A DNA stretch of 64,000 nt, from the NCBI GenBank assembly GCA_963727455.1, contig CAVSGG010000012.1:32001-96000 (forward strand). The letters run 5' to 3'. Below, piece after piece: positions 28,123 to 38,757 of this stretch. The notes below the pieces were generated by a model that had not been told where the DNA came from, ran no database searches, and saw only the letters and a list, made by a program, of their open reading frames with translations. Every line of letters begins with the position of its first letter. Within the stretch, counting starts at the first letter, position 1. Source of the stretch: Candidatus Krumholzibacteriota bacterium (GTDB lineage: Bacteria; Krumholzibacteriota; Krumholzibacteriia; JAJRXK01). The translations under genes were made by a program, and so were the position numbers.

Positions 28123-29589
28123 TCAGAAAGTCCGCGCCAGCGCCGCAGCTCCGAGGCGAGCCAGGTTGGCCACCGACGAGGGGAACAATCCGATCCAGAG
28201 AAGCAGCACGGCCGCGACGCCCATCGCGGCTGCGGCCTGCACGTCATCCCCGATGTAGGCCTCGTCCTCCGGAGACTTCATGTACAGGTAGACGACGACC
28301 CGCAGGTAGTAGAAGGCCGCCACCGCGCTGTTCAAGAGCGCCACGATGGCCAGACCGATCATCCCCTTGGAAATGACCGCCCCGAACACGTAGAACTTGC
28401 CCCAGAATCCCGCGGTGGGGGGAACCCCGGCCAGGCTTAGCATGCAGATGGTCAGATACAGGCTCACCCAGGGATGACGCTTGGCCAGACCGGCGAAGCC
28501 GCGCAGGTACATGCGCTCGCCCCGGCTCCTGCTCACGAAGGTGATGGCGCCGAAGGCCCCGATGTTCATGAGAGCGTAGACCGCGAGATAGAAGAGAATC
28601 CCACTGGTGGCGGCGTCATGTGTCTCCGGTCCCACCGCCAAAACACCCAGAAGCAAGTAGCCGGCGTGAGCAATGGCGCTGTAGGCCAGCATCCGCTTGA
28701 GGTTGCTCTGAGCCAGGGCGACGATGTTCCCGAAGCTCATGGTGAGGATCGCGAAGGCGATGAGCAGAGGACCCAGCTTCGCGCTCACCACGGGCATCCC
28801 GGTCCACATCACGCGCAGGAGTACGGCGAAGGCGGCTGCCTTGACTCCGGCCGCCATGTATCCGGAAACCGGCGCCGGCGCGCCGGCATAGACGTCCGGC
28901 GTCCACTGATGGAAGGGAACCATGGCGATCTTGAATCCGAGGCCCACGACCAAGAGCCCCCAACCGGCCCAGAACACGGGGTTGGAGCGCAATGCGACGT
29001 TGCCGCCCATGCGCGCGCCCAAAACCTCGAGCTGCGTCGTACCGGTGGTCCCGTAGATCAAGCCGATCCCATAGAGCAAGAAGGCCGAAGCGAAAGCCCC
29101 CAGAATGAGGTACTTGAAACCCGCTTCCTGACTGTGGATGGAGTCGCGCTGCAGAGCGGCCAGGACGTAGACCCCGATCGACATCAATTCGAGCGAGAGA
29201 AAGATCGCCACCAGATCGGTCGAGGACGCCAGCAACATCATGCCCGCGGTGGCGAACAGGATGAGGGGATAGAATTCAGGCATGGGGCGCGTTTGACGGC
29301 GCAGATACACCGCGCCCAGACTCACCGTTAGCAGGCCGGTCAGAACGAAGACGAGATCGAAGAACGAAGAGTACGCGTCGGCGCGGATGAGCCCGTGAAA
29401 GAGAGTGCTTCCCGTGTGCACGATCGAGGAGTTCGCGGCGAGTCCGGCCAGTACAAGAAACATCGCCGACAAAATCGAGAGATGGTCACTCTCGCGCCGG
29501 GGCCAGAATGCCTCGACCATGAGGACCACCACGCCACCGACGACCAGCCACAGAATGGGAGTGATCTGCATCAGCTCGGACCAGCTCAT
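28123..29589 (-). CDS. nuoN: NADH-quinone oxidoreductase subunit N
   Basis: LELMS...Y.L, EAGFKY.ILG, FK...VPFHQWTPDVY.GAP, KRMLAYS.IAH. ATGA overlap with nuoM. Confidence 0.96.
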   Translation of the reverse strand: MSWSELMQITPILWLVVGGVVVLMVEAFWPRRESDHLSILSAMFLVLAGLAANSSIVHTGSTLFHGLIRADAYSSFFDLVFVLTGLLTVSLGAVYLRRQTRPMPEFYPLILFATAGMMLLASSTDLVAIFLSLELMSIGVYVLAALQRDSIHSQEAGFKYLILGAFASAFLLYGIGLIYGTTGTTQLEVLGARMGGNVALRSNPVFWAGWGLLVVGLGFKIAMVPFHQWTPDVYAGAPAPVSGYMAAGVKAAAFAVLLRVMWTGMPVVSAKLGPLLIAFAILTMSFGNIVALAQSNLKRMLAYSAIAHAGYLLLGVLAVGPETHDAATSGILFYLAVYALMNIGAFGAITFVSRSRGERMYLRGFAGLAKRHPWVSLYLTICMLSLAGVPPTAGFWGKFYVFGAVISKGMIGLAIVALLNSAVAAFYYLRVVVYLYMKSPEDEAYIGDDVQAAAAMGVAAVLLLWIGLFPSSVANLARLGAAALARTF

Positions 29590-31166
29590 CGTCCCACCTC
29601 CTGCCCTTCCGCGGATCCCGGGGCCCGCTGGTTCAGCTCGACCCACTTCAGCTTCCCGTTCGCGTTCGCCCGCGCCACCTCTCGCTGCTGATACTGGATG
29701 ACGGCGCGCAGGTCGGGTTCCATCTTCTTCAGCCAGGGAGCGGGCTGTACGCCCATCCAGAGGATGAAGAAGAACAGCGGCAGCATCACGAGAGCTTCGC
29801 GCCAGCTGAGGTCCTTCAATCCCTTGTTCGAAGAGTTGGTGCAATCGCCGAGGAACACGCGCTGGTACATCCACAGCATGTAGAGCGCTCCGAGAATGAC
29901 TCCCAGGGCGGCGATCACCGCAAAGCCCATGGCCCAGTTCAAGCTCAGGCTCTTGAAGGCGCCCACGAGTACCAGGAATTCGCCCACGAAACCCGAAAGT
30001 CCGGGAAGGCCCACGCTGGCCAGCATCGCGATCATGAATGCCGTCGCGTACAGAGGCATCACCCGTGCGATGCCGCCGAATTCGCTGATCTCGCGCGTGT
30101 GTCTTCGTTCATAGATGAAGCCCACGAGAAGGAAGAGACTGCCCGTGGCGAGACCGTGGCTCAACATCACGAAGACGGCGCCGGACATCGACTCGACCGT
30201 GAGGGCGAAGAGCCCCAGGACCACGAAGCCCAGATGACTCACCGACGAATACGCCACCAGACGCTTGACGTCTTTTTGCACCATGGCCACCAGGGCCCCG
30301 TACACGATCCCGATGACCGCGAGGACACAGAGGAAAGGAGCAAAACGCGCCACGGCCAAGGGGAAGAAGGGAATGGCGAAGCGCACCAGCCCGTAGGTCC
30401 CCATCTTCAGCAGCACTCCGGCAAGCACCACCGAGCCCACGGTGGGCGCTTCGACGTGCGCGTCGGGCAACCAGGTATGCAGCGGAAAGACGGGCACCTT
30501 GATGGCGAAGGCCACCGTGAACGCACCGAAGAGCCAGGCCTGCTGCGTCGCGCTCAAGGGCATGTTCCTGAAGGCGAACCAAGAGAACGAACCAGCACCC
30601 GCCTTGTACATGTACAGAATTGCGGCGAGCATCAGCACGCTGCCCGCAAAGGTGTACAGGAAGAACTTCACCGAGGCGTAGATTCGGCGCTTGCCGCCCC
30701 AGATTCCGATGATCAGCGCCATCGGGATGAGCATGGCCTCCCAGAACACGTAGAAGAGCACCATGTCGGTGGCGCAGAAGGTTCCGAGCATCGCGGTCTG
30801 AAGCAAAAGCAGGAACACCATGAACTCGCGCACTCGCTCGTGCACCGCGTTCCAGGTGGATACGACCAGGATCGGTCCCAAGAAGGTGGTGAGCAGGAGC
30901 AGCCAGAGGCTAATGCCGTCCAGACCCAGAGCGTAGTGAATCCCCAGGCGCGGGATCCAGTTGGTGTTTTCCACGAAGCGAAATCCGACTCCGGATTCGA
31001 AACCACTCAGGAGCCTCAAACTCAGAAGGAAGTCCAAGAGCAAGACGAGGGCGGCAACCAGCTTGGCGCTCTTGTCGCAGCCACGCGGCAGTACGAGGAG
31101 TGGAATGACTCCGAGCAAGGGCAGGAAGATCACCCAACTGAGGAGATGATTTACAATCACTTCCAT
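29586..31166 (-). CDS. nuoM: NADH-quinone oxidoreductase subunit M
   Basis: LDGIS, FYVFWE..LIPM, KFFLYT, FAIK.P.FPLHTWLPDAHVEAP, LLKMG.YG. Confidence 0.97.
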   Translation of the reverse strand: MEVIVNHLLSWVIFLPLLGVIPLLVLPRGCDKSAKLVAALVLLLDFLLSLRLLSGFESGVGFRFVENTNWIPRLGIHYALGLDGISLWLLLLTTFLGPILVVSTWNAVHERVREFMVFLLLLQTAMLGTFCATDMVLFYVFWEAMLIPMALIIGIWGGKRRIYASVKFFLYTFAGSVLMLAAILYMYKAGAGSFSWFAFRNMPLSATQQAWLFGAFTVAFAIKVPVFPLHTWLPDAHVEAPTVGSVVLAGVLLKMGTYGLVRFAIPFFPLAVARFAPFLCVLAVIGIVYGALVAMVQKDVKRLVAYSSVSHLGFVVLGLFALTVESMSGAVFVMLSHGLATGSLFLLVGFIYERRHTREISEFGGIARVMPLYATAFMIAMLASVGLPGLSGFVGEFLVLVGAFKSLSLNWAMGFAVIAALGVILGALYMLWMYQRVFLGDCTNSSNKGLKDLSWREALVMLPLFFFILWMGVQPAPWLKKMEPDLRAVIQYQQREVARANANGKLKWVELNQRAPGSAEGQEVGR

Positions 31167-31175
31167 CTTCCCTTC

Positions 31176-33188
31176 CTAGAGGTGACGAATCAGGTAGAAG
31201 AGGATCACCAACGCACCGAAGGTGAACGAGTAGGCGTACCAGCGAAGCATCCCGTTTTGCAGAAGTCGCAGCACCGAACCCACGATCCCGAGTAAGCGCG
31301 CCGGGCCGTTGACCAGCACCCCATCGATCAGGGAGGCGTCCGTGATCTTGTAGAAGACCGTGTCGCTGATCCAATAACCCGGCTTGACGATGAGCGCCTC
31401 GTAGATCTCGTCCACGAAGTACTTGCCTTTCAGAAGCCAGTAGAGCCGGCCGCCGGCGAAGTTCTTCGCTGCCTGCGCGAGATCGAGACGTCGCGTGTAG
31501 ATGAGTTGGCCCACGACGATTCCCAGCACCGCCAGGGCCAAGGAAGCCAGAGCCAGTGTCCATTCAGTGGCCGCGGATGCGTGGGAGACCGCCGCATGCG
31601 CCGTCTCCATTCCGCCTGCTGCGGCCGCATGTCCGAGTTTTTCCACCAGCGCCGCTTCATCTCCGCCGATCCCCCGTGCAAAGACTGGCTCGAGCCACGC
31701 TTCGAATCGATTGCCTCCACCCAGGAAATGCGGCCAACCGATCCAGCCCCCCACCAGGCTCCCCAGGCCGAGCACCATCAGGGGAACCGTCATCACCAAG
31801 GGGCTCTCCTGCACCTGGTGCGCGTGCTCCTCGTCCACGCGACTCTTGCCGAAGAAGGTGAGGGCCATGAGCCGCATCATGTAAAATGCCGTCAAGCCCG
31901 CCACCGCGAAGCCGATGAACCAGAGCACTTTGCTATCCAGAAAGGTCTTGTACAGGATCTCGTCTTTGGAGAAAAAGCCCGCGAAGGGAAACACCCCCGC
32001 GATGGCCAGAGTCGCCATGCCCATGGTGATGAACGTGATCGGCATCTTGCCCTTCAGGCCGCCCATGTGACGCATGTCCTGCTGGTGATGCAAGGCGGTA
32101 ATCACCGAGCCTGCGCCAAGGAAGAGCAGCGCCTTGAAAAAGGCGTGGGTCATCACGTGGAAGATGCCAGATGCGTAAGCACCCACCCCGCAGGCCAGGA
32201 ACATGTAGCCCAGCTGGGAAACGGTGGAATACGCCAGCACCTTTTTGATGTCGTTCTGGGTGAGGGCGATCGTCGCCGCCACGAGAGCGGTCAAGGCGCC
32301 GATGACCGCCACCACTCCCATCGCAACCGAGGAAAGAGCGAACAGGAAGTTGAGCCGCGCCACCATGTACACACCGGCCGTAACCATGGTGGCCGCGTGG
32401 ATCAGAGCCGAGACCGGAGTGGGACCGGCCATGGCGTCGGGCAGCCAGACGAAGAGCGGGATCTGCGCACTCTTGCCGGTGGCACCCATGAAGAGCAGCA
32501 AGCCCACCGCGGTGGCCACCGGCGCGAGCAAGGCAGTGTGCTGCGCCAGAACCGTGAACGAAAAGAGGTTGGCCCCTCCGACATGTCCCCCCAGAGTGCG
32601 CGCGATGAGCAGCATCCCCAACAGGAACCCGAAATCGCCCACGCGATTCACGAGGAAGGCCTTCTTTCCCGCGGCGCTGTTCATGAGATCCTCGAACCAG
32701 AATCCGATGAGGAGATAGGAACAGAGCCCCACTCCTTCCCAACCCACGAACAAGAGCGGCAGATTGTCGGCCAGAACCAATATCAGCATCATCCCCACGA
32801 AGAGATTCAGGTAGGAGAAGTACCGCTGAACGCCACGATCTCCCTTCATGTAACCGATGCTGTAGATGTGAATGAGGAAGGCTACTCCGGTGACGAAGAG
32901 GATCATGACCACCGTGAGTTCATCCACCATGAACGAGACGTCGATCCGCAGATCGCCCACCGGAATCCACGCGTACACGAAATCGCTCAGCAGCCTCTCT
33001 CCGACGGGCAGGGCTCTGAGGTCGAAGAAAGCCTTGAGCGAGAGCAGGAAAGAACCCAGCACGGTCAGAGAGGCGATGCTGCCCGCGAAGACCCGCGGCA
33101 GTCGCCGGTTCAAGACACCGTTGATCGCCGCACCCGCTAGGGGCAGGAGCACGATGAAGCGCAAATACTCGGCCATGGTGGCGTGCAT
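31176..33188 (-). CDS. nuoL: NADH-quinone oxidoreductase subunit L
   Basis: HIYSIGYM, GWEGVGLCSYLLIGFW, NRVGDFG, GKSAQ.PL.VWLPDAM.GPTPVSALIHAATMV. Confidence 0.97.
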   Translation of the reverse strand: MHATMAEYLRFIVLLPLAGAAINGVLNRRLPRVFAGSIASLTVLGSFLLSLKAFFDLRALPVGERLLSDFVYAWIPVGDLRIDVSFMVDELTVVMILFVTGVAFLIHIYSIGYMKGDRGVQRYFSYLNLFVGMMLILVLADNLPLLFVGWEGVGLCSYLLIGFWFEDLMNSAAGKKAFLVNRVGDFGFLLGMLLIARTLGGHVGGANLFSFTVLAQHTALLAPVATAVGLLLFMGATGKSAQIPLFVWLPDAMAGPTPVSALIHAATMVTAGVYMVARLNFLFALSSVAMGVVAVIGALTALVAATIALTQNDIKKVLAYSTVSQLGYMFLACGVGAYASGIFHVMTHAFFKALLFLGAGSVITALHHQQDMRHMGGLKGKMPITFITMGMATLAIAGVFPFAGFFSKDEILYKTFLDSKVLWFIGFAVAGLTAFYMMRLMALTFFGKSRVDEEHAHQVQESPLVMTVPLMVLGLGSLVGGWIGWPHFLGGGNRFEAWLEPVFARGIGGDEAALVEKLGHAAAAGGMETAHAAVSHASAATEWTLALASLALAVLGIVVGQLIYTRRLDLAQAAKNFAGGRLYWLLKGKYFVDEIYEALIVKPGYWISDTVFYKITDASLIDGVLVNGPARLLGIVGSVLRLLQNGMLRWYAYSFTFGALVILFYLIRHL

Positions 33189-33191
33189 GCT

Positions 33192-33497
33192 CTACTCCAT
33201 CAGTTGGCGGAAGTGATCGACGTCCACCGTGTCACGTTTGCGGAAGATCTCGACGAGGATCGCCAGTCCCACCGCTGCTTCGGCCGCCGCGACGGCAAGA
33301 ACGAAGAGCACCAGCACGTGCCCAGTGTGATCGCCCAGATAACGGCTAAAAGCCAGAATGCTGATGTTGGCCCCGGTGAGCATCAACTCGATCGACAGGA
33401 ACATCACCAGTGCGTTGCGCCGGAAGATCACCCCGGCCACGCCGATCGCGAACAAGAGTGCGGAGAGGATCAGGTAGTGATTCAGTCCGATCTGCAT
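33192..33497 (-). CDS. nuoK: NADH-quinone oxidoreductase subunit K
   Basis: RRN..MF.SIELML, VAAAEAAVGLAI. Confidence 0.95.
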   Translation of the reverse strand: MQIGLNHYLILSALLFAIGVAGVIFRRNALVMFLSIELMLTGANISILAFSRYLGDHTGHVLVLFVLAVAAAEAAVGLAILVEIFRKRDTVDVDHFRQLME

Positions 33498-33498
33498 C

Positions 33499-34029
33499 TC
33501 AGGACTCCCCTCCCTTTCGCTGAGCTTTACCGGCCTTCGGATTCGACCCCTTGCGCGCGATGTAGACCGCACCAACGACCGCCACCAGGAGAAGTAAACC
33601 CGTCACCTCGAAGAGAAAGAGGTAGTCGACGAGTAGCTTTTGGCTGACCGCGTTCACTGTGCCATAGCTGGCCGCGACCGTGCCCATCTGCCGAGGGTCC
33701 CCCCCCACCAACTTCGCGAGAAGCGCGGTGAAGGCGAGCACTGTGACCACTGCCAAGATCGGCACCAGCTTACCGCGCGAGACCTTGATGCGACTGGAGT
33801 CTCCCAGGAACATGGTGACGAAGAGAAAGAACACCATGATCGCCCCGGCGTAGATCAGAACCTGGAGCACCGCGAGGAAGTGAGCCGTGAGGGTGGCAAA
33901 GATTCCGGCCACGTTCAAAAAGCACGCGATGAGCCAAAACACCGAGCTTACGGCGTCGCGCCGGGTAACCATGGCCAGAGCGCAGATCACTGACAGCGTG
34001 GCGAAAATGTAGAACATGACGGCATGCAT
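33499..34029 (-). CDS. nuoJ: NADH-quinone oxidoreductase subunit J
   Basis: A.FLA.LQVLIYAGAIMV.FLFV.M; operon position. Confidence 0.95.
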   Translation of the reverse strand: MHAVMFYIFATLSVICALAMVTRRDAVSSVFWLIACFLNVAGIFATLTAHFLAVLQVLIYAGAIMVFFLFVTMFLGDSSRIKVSRGKLVPILAVVTVLAFTALLAKLVGGDPRQMGTVAASYGTVNAVSQKLLVDYLFLFEVTGLLLLVAVVGAVYIARKGSNPKAGKAQRKGGES

Positions 34030-34550
34030 CAGGACTTCACCCCATCAGTGGTGTTGTTGAGCAGGAAGTCCAAATCGACCACGAACTTCTCGCGCGAGTC
34101 GGCGGCAATTTCGAAGATTCCGGTATCCATTCGAATCGCGTCGCATGGACACGCCTCCACGCACATGGCGCAGTAGACGCAGCGAAGGAGATCGATGTCA
34201 AAGGACTTGGGCCGTTTCTCCACGTCGTTGCGGTCGTCGGCCATGGCCACGATGTCGATGCAGTCGGCGGGGCACACCGTGGAACACATCTGGCAGGCCA
34301 CGCAACGCGGCGAACCATCTTCCCTCTTCATCAAGCGGTGCCGGCTGCGCAGCCACGGACCGTAGTTGGGTTTCTCATCGGGGTACTGCAGCGTGGGCAT
34401 CTCGCTCATGTGGAAAATGTTCGTCACGAGATGCCGTGCGGTGATGTACATCCCCTTCAGGATTTCCTTCAGGTACCAGATTTCCGCGCCGCGCATCTTC
34501 GCGCCGCGCCCTCCGGTCTTCGCTTCTGGTCCGTGGATCGAGTACGGCAT
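34029..34550 (-). CDS. nuoI: NADH-quinone oxidoreductase subunit I
   Basis: T.QYP.E, CVACQMCSTVCP and CVYCAMCVEACP (two 4Fe-4S). Confidence 0.96.
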   Translation of the reverse strand: MPYSIHGPEAKTGGRGAKMRGAEIWYLKEILKGMYITARHLVTNIFHMSEMPTLQYPDEKPNYGPWLRSRHRLMKREDGSPRCVACQMCSTVCPADCIDIVAMADDRNDVEKRPKSFDIDLLRCVYCAMCVEACPCDAIRMDTGIFEIAADSREKFVVDLDFLLNNTTDGVKS

Positions 34551-34562
34551 TGAGTCGGCCCC

Positions 34563-35846
34563 CTAAGAGTGACTCAGCAGCACGACGGCCGCGGTCACGA
34601 AGAAGTTCAAGAGGCCCAAAGGAAGCATGATCTTCCAACCGAGTTTCATGAGCTGATCGTAGCGGAAGCGGGGAAGCGTCCAGCGAACCCAGATGAAAAG
34701 CCAGGAGAAGAAGAGGGTCTTCACGATGAAGCTCCCCACCTGGACCACGGTGGCGAAGTTCGCCGCACCTTGGGCGCCCAGTTGCCAGGGAGAGGCCAAA
34801 AGCAAAAAGCCCAGGCACAACAGCCCCAGAAGGAAGAAGATCACTCCCAGAATCAGAGGCTCCAGCTCACGGCGATCCCCCAAGAGACCGCGCTCTCTCT
34901 CGAAGCGGCGCCACAAGAGAGCCGCGAAGAGAAAATTGAACGCGACTCCGAGGGAGAGAATCACCGTGAGCAGAATTCCCGCGTGTTCCCGCAGGGTGGC
35001 AGTACCCATCCAGGGAATCTGCCAACCTCCGAAATAGAGGCTCGCGATGAATCCAGCGGCGATGATCATGCTCGCGTATTCCGCCATGTAGAAGAGCGCG
35101 AACTTGAGGCTGCTATACTCCAGATGATAGCCCGCCACAAGCTCGCTCTCCCCCTCGGCCAAATCGAAGGGAGTGCGGTTCGCCTCGGCAAAGATCGAGA
35201 CCAAGAAGATGATGAAACCCAAAGGCTGCAGGACCACTCCCCAGCGAGGCAAGAAACCCCAGAGAAGTTGCCCCTGCTCCACGACCATGGCATCGACGCG
35301 GGTGGAGCCGTAGACCAGGAACAGGGCCAAAACGGCCAGCCCCATGTTGAGCTCGTAGGAAATCATCTGCGCGGTCGCGCGAATCCCGCCCAGGAAGGTG
35401 TACTTGTTGTTGGATGCCCAGCCGGCCAGCACGATGCCGTAGACCGACAAACTCGTGATGGCGAGTAGGTAGAGAATTCCCACGTCGAGATTCGCGATGC
35501 GCAGGGGAATCACCTTGTCGCCCAGATATAGAGCATCCCCAAAGGGAAGAATGGCGAAGGTGCACAGCGGAATCACCATCACCAAAAATGGAGCCAGGGC
35601 GAAGAAGAAACGATTCACTCCGGCCGGAATCAGATCTTCCTTGAAGATCAGCTTCAAGACGTCGGCCAGAGGATGGATGAGGCCCCCCAAGCGGATGACA
35701 CCGCCCAGACTCGCGCGGTTGGGTCCGATACGATCCTGGATGAAGGCCGACCCCTTGCGTTCGCCCCAGATCATGACCCCCAGAAGGCCCATGACAAAGG
35801 CCAGCATGAATCCAATCTTGGCCAGAGTCCAACCCAGATCAGCCAC
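34563..35846 (-). CDS. nuoH: NADH-quinone oxidoreductase subunit H (with C-terminal insertion)
   Basis: ERK...IQDR.GPNR, AD.LKL.FKE, GWASNNKY, QMISYE, E.NR.PFDL.E.ESELV.G, W.R.TLPRFRYDQ. Confidence 0.96.
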   Translation of the reverse strand: MADLGWTLAKIGFMLAFVMGLLGVMIWGERKGSAFIQDRIGPNRASLGGVIRLGGLIHPLADVLKLIFKEDLIPAGVNRFFFALAPFLVMVIPLCTFAILPFGDALYLGDKVIPLRIANLDVGILYLLAITSLSVYGIVLAGWASNNKYTFLGGIRATAQMISYELNMGLAVLALFLVYGSTRVDAMVVEQGQLLWGFLPRWGVVLQPLGFIIFLVSIFAEANRTPFDLAEGESELVAGYHLEYSSLKFALFYMAEYASMIIAAGFIASLYFGGWQIPWMGTATLREHAGILLTVILSLGVAFNFLFAALLWRRFERERGLLGDRRELEPLILGVIFFLLGLLCLGFLLLASPWQLGAQGAANFATVVQVGSFIVKTLFFSWLFIWVRWTLPRFRYDQLMKLGWKIMLPLGLLNFFVTAAVVLLSHS

Positions 35847-37431
35847 GCTCCACCTCCTCTACTCCGGCACCTTCGGTGAGCGAGACACCCTCTGGGGGAA
35901 TTCCCCCCGCGATCGCGGCGAACTCGGCCAATCGCGCCGACAGTTCGCTCAGCAGATCGTGTTGTGCGCGCCAGGTGGGAGCATGCCCAAAGACCTCAGC
36001 CATCCGCGCGATCAAGAGCCAGTCTTCCTCGGACTGTGGGGGACCGTCGATGGCCTTGTGCAGAGACTGCGCGCGCCGGTCCTTGTTGACGATCGTCCCC
36101 TCCTTCTCCGCGTAGGATCTGCCCGCCAGAACGAAGTCGGCAAGTTCGGAGGTGAGATTCTCGCGGCAACCCAGGTAGACCACCAGGCCGAAGTTCTGAA
36201 GAGCTTCCACAGCCGCCGGATCGAGAGCGACCAGGTCGTTCTCCAGGACGACGAGCAGGGTCTCCTTCGACGCAGCCTGAGCCAGATCCTGTGCGCTGAA
36301 ATCCGAATAGCCCAAGAGGCGCGCGCCGGCGTCGTTGGGGGTACGGTCGGCCGAGAGCAGGAACTCGTCGCCTCTGTCCATCTCGCTGCCCACCAGGCGA
36401 TGTCCCAGGATGGTCCCCCCCACCGCGTCCTGGAGCAGGGACTTTAGCGCATGAAGTTCCTCCAGGGTCGCGTGTGGACTTCCCACCAACACCAGTTTCT
36501 TGCCTTCACCCAGCGCCTCGGCGCGCCCCTTCAACTGATTCCACAGATGGTCCCAGCCCACCGGCAGCTGCTGATCCCCATCCTTGAGCTTCGGTTCGAG
36601 CAAACGGTCTTCGCCCTGAACGCTGCGATAGAGGAGCCGGCCGTGGTCACACATCCAGTAGTCGTTGACTTCAAGGTTCTCGCGCGGCTGCTGCCGGTAG
36701 AGACGGCCCTCGGCGTGACCGATGATCATGTTGCAACCAGTCGCGCAACCGGGGCAGACACTCTCGGTGTTCTTCAGCCAGTACACGCGCTTTTCGAAAC
36801 GGAAATCGCGGCTGGTCAAAGCACCCACGGGACAGATGTCGACGACGTTCAAACTGTAGTCGTTGTCCAGGGTCAGACCGGGCGCAAGACCGATCTCGCT
36901 GTGATCGCCCCGGTTGAAGATTCCCATTTCGTCGGTCTTGGTGAGATGATGGGTAAACCTGGTACAGCGCGCGCAGAGTACGCAACGCTCCGCGTCCAGC
37001 ATCACCAAGGGACCGATGGGCTGCACCTTGCGCTTGGCCAGCTTGTCCCCCACCTCGATGTCCGCCTCGTAGAGGCCGTACTTCATGTACTGATTCTGCA
37101 GCGCGCACTCGCCAACCTGATCGCAGATGGGACAGTCGACGGGATGGTGTAAGAGGTGGAAACCCAGGATCTGGCGTACGGTGTTCTGTACGCGTTCGGT
37201 GCGTGTGTTCACCACCATGCCGTCGCGCACGGTGGAGTTGCAGGCGATCTGCAATTTGGGCACGCCCTCGATTTCCACCTGGCACATGCGGCAGACTCCG
37301 ACCACGGGGAGTCCGGGGTGGTAACAGAAATGAGGCAGCTTCTCTCCGCCCCGGGCGATGGTGCAGGCTTCGAAGAGGTTCATCCCCTCCTCGAATTCCC
37401 ATTCCTTGCCGTCGATGGTGATCTTCGCCAC
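35839..37431 (-). CDS. nuoG: NADH-quinone oxidoreductase subunit G (short form)
   Basis: FCYH..CRMC..C, HPVDCPICDQ.GEC, CVLCARC..CPVGAL, CPGCATGC..C. Confidence 0.93.
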   Translation of the reverse strand: MAKITIDGKEWEFEEGMNLFEACTIARGGEKLPHFCYHPGLPVVGVCRMCQVEIEGVPKLQIACNSTVRDGMVVNTRTERVQNTVRQILGFHLLHHPVDCPICDQVGECALQNQYMKYGLYEADIEVGDKLAKRKVQPIGPLVMLDAERCVLCARCTRFTHHLTKTDEMGIFNRGDHSEIGLAPGLTLDNDYSLNVVDICPVGALTSRDFRFEKRVYWLKNTESVCPGCATGCNMIIGHAEGRLYRQQPRENLEVNDYWMCDHGRLLYRSVQGEDRLLEPKLKDGDQQLPVGWDHLWNQLKGRAEALGEGKKLVLVGSPHATLEELHALKSLLQDAVGGTILGHRLVGSEMDRGDEFLLSADRTPNDAGARLLGYSDFSAQDLAQAASKETLLVVLENDLVALDPAAVEALQNFGLVVYLGCRENLTSELADFVLAGRSYAEKEGTIVNKDRRAQSLHKAIDGPPQSEEDWLLIARMAEVFGHAPTWRAQHDLLSELSARLAEFAAIAGGIPPEGVSLTEGAGVEEVERG

Positions 37432-37440
37432 GTGCTTCTC

Positions 37441-38757
37441 CTAGCCCCGGTCCTCTGCGGCCCGAGCGGTGGGCACGAAATCCTCCGGCTCCTCCCCCTT
37501 GGGGAGAAGCGCCTCGAATTCGTCGCGGAACTTGCTGATGAAACTGCGCGCGGGCATGACCGCGGCATCCGAGAGAACGCAGATCGTCGTGCCCATCATG
37601 TTTCCACAGAGTCTCTCGATGAGCTCGAGATCCTTGGGCCGACCCTGACCTTCGAGCATTCGCTTTAGAATCATGTCGAGCCAGCCAGTTCCCTCCCGGC
37701 AGGGTGTGCACTGCCCACAGCTTTCGTGGTGGTAGAACTGGAGCACGACTTTCAAAATTTCGGGCATCTTGGCGTCATCGCCGATCACGATGCACCCTCC
37801 GGAACCGAGCATGGTACCCAACTGTGAGAGCGACTCGTAGTCGAGCATCGCCGCCATCGTCTCTTCTGCATTGAGTATGGGGACCGAGGAACCACCAGGG
37901 ATGCAGGCCTTCAGTTCGACGCCGGGCAACATTCCCTGGCCGAAGTCCTGCCCGAAAATGAGCTCGCGCAAGGGCAGACCCAAGGGAACTTCGTAGACCC
38001 CGGGACGTTTCACCGGCCCACTCAAGCTGAACAACTTGGTTCCGGGACTCTTTTCGGTCCCGATGGCTCGGTAAGCGTCCGCGCCGTTCTGGAGGATCCA
38101 CGGAACCGAGGCCAGGGTTTCCACGTTGTTCACCACGGTCGGTGAATCCAGAAATCCCACCACGGCCGGGAAGGGTGGCTTGATGCGCGGTTGCCCCTTC
38201 TTCCCTTCGAGACTGTTGATGAGACCGGTTTCCTCACCGCAAATGTAGGCGCCCGCGCCCTTGTGCACGATGACTTCCAGCTTGTAGCCGGTACCGAGAA
38301 TGTCCTCACCCAAAAGATTCGCCTCGTAGGCCTCGTCCACTGCCTTCTGCACGCGATCGACGAGCCAGCCATACTCGCCACGAATGTAGATGAAGGCATC
38401 GTGGCAATTCACCGCGTAAGACGAGATGATGATGCCTTCGATCATCTTGTGAGGATCGTAGTCGAGAATGTCGCGGTCCTTGAAAGTCCCGGGCTCGGAT
38501 TCGTCCGCGTTGACCAGCAGATAGACCGGCTTCTTGGAGTCCTTGGGAACGAATCCCCACTTGACGCCGGTGGGAAATCCCGCCCCGCCCCTCCCGCGCA
38601 GTCCGCTGTCCTTCACCACGCTCACGACTTCTTCGGCCTTCATCGTCTTGAGCGCCTTCTCGGCCGCCGCATAACCGCCACGAGAACGGTAGACCGAAAG
38701 GGTATGACTGTCCGGCACTCCCATGTTGTCCAGCAGGATTTTCGGGTAGTCACTCAC
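37441..38757 (-). CDS. nuoF: NADH-quinone oxidoreductase subunit F
   Basis: SGLRGRGGAGFPTG.KW, NADESEPGTFKDR, GAGAYICGEET, ESCGQCTPCREG. Confidence 0.97.
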   Translation of the reverse strand: MSDYPKILLDNMGVPDSHTLSVYRSRGGYAAAEKALKTMKAEEVVSVVKDSGLRGRGGAGFPTGVKWGFVPKDSKKPVYLLVNADESEPGTFKDRDILDYDPHKMIEGIIISSYAVNCHDAFIYIRGEYGWLVDRVQKAVDEAYEANLLGEDILGTGYKLEVIVHKGAGAYICGEETGLINSLEGKKGQPRIKPPFPAVVGFLDSPTVVNNVETLASVPWILQNGADAYRAIGTEKSPGTKLFSLSGPVKRPGVYEVPLGLPLRELIFGQDFGQGMLPGVELKACIPGGSSVPILNAEETMAAMLDYESLSQLGTMLGSGGCIVIGDDAKMPEILKVVLQFYHHESCGQCTPCREGTGWLDMILKRMLEGQGRPKDLELIERLCGNMMGTTICVLSDAAVMPARSFISKFRDEFEALLPKGEEPEDFVPTARAAEDRG

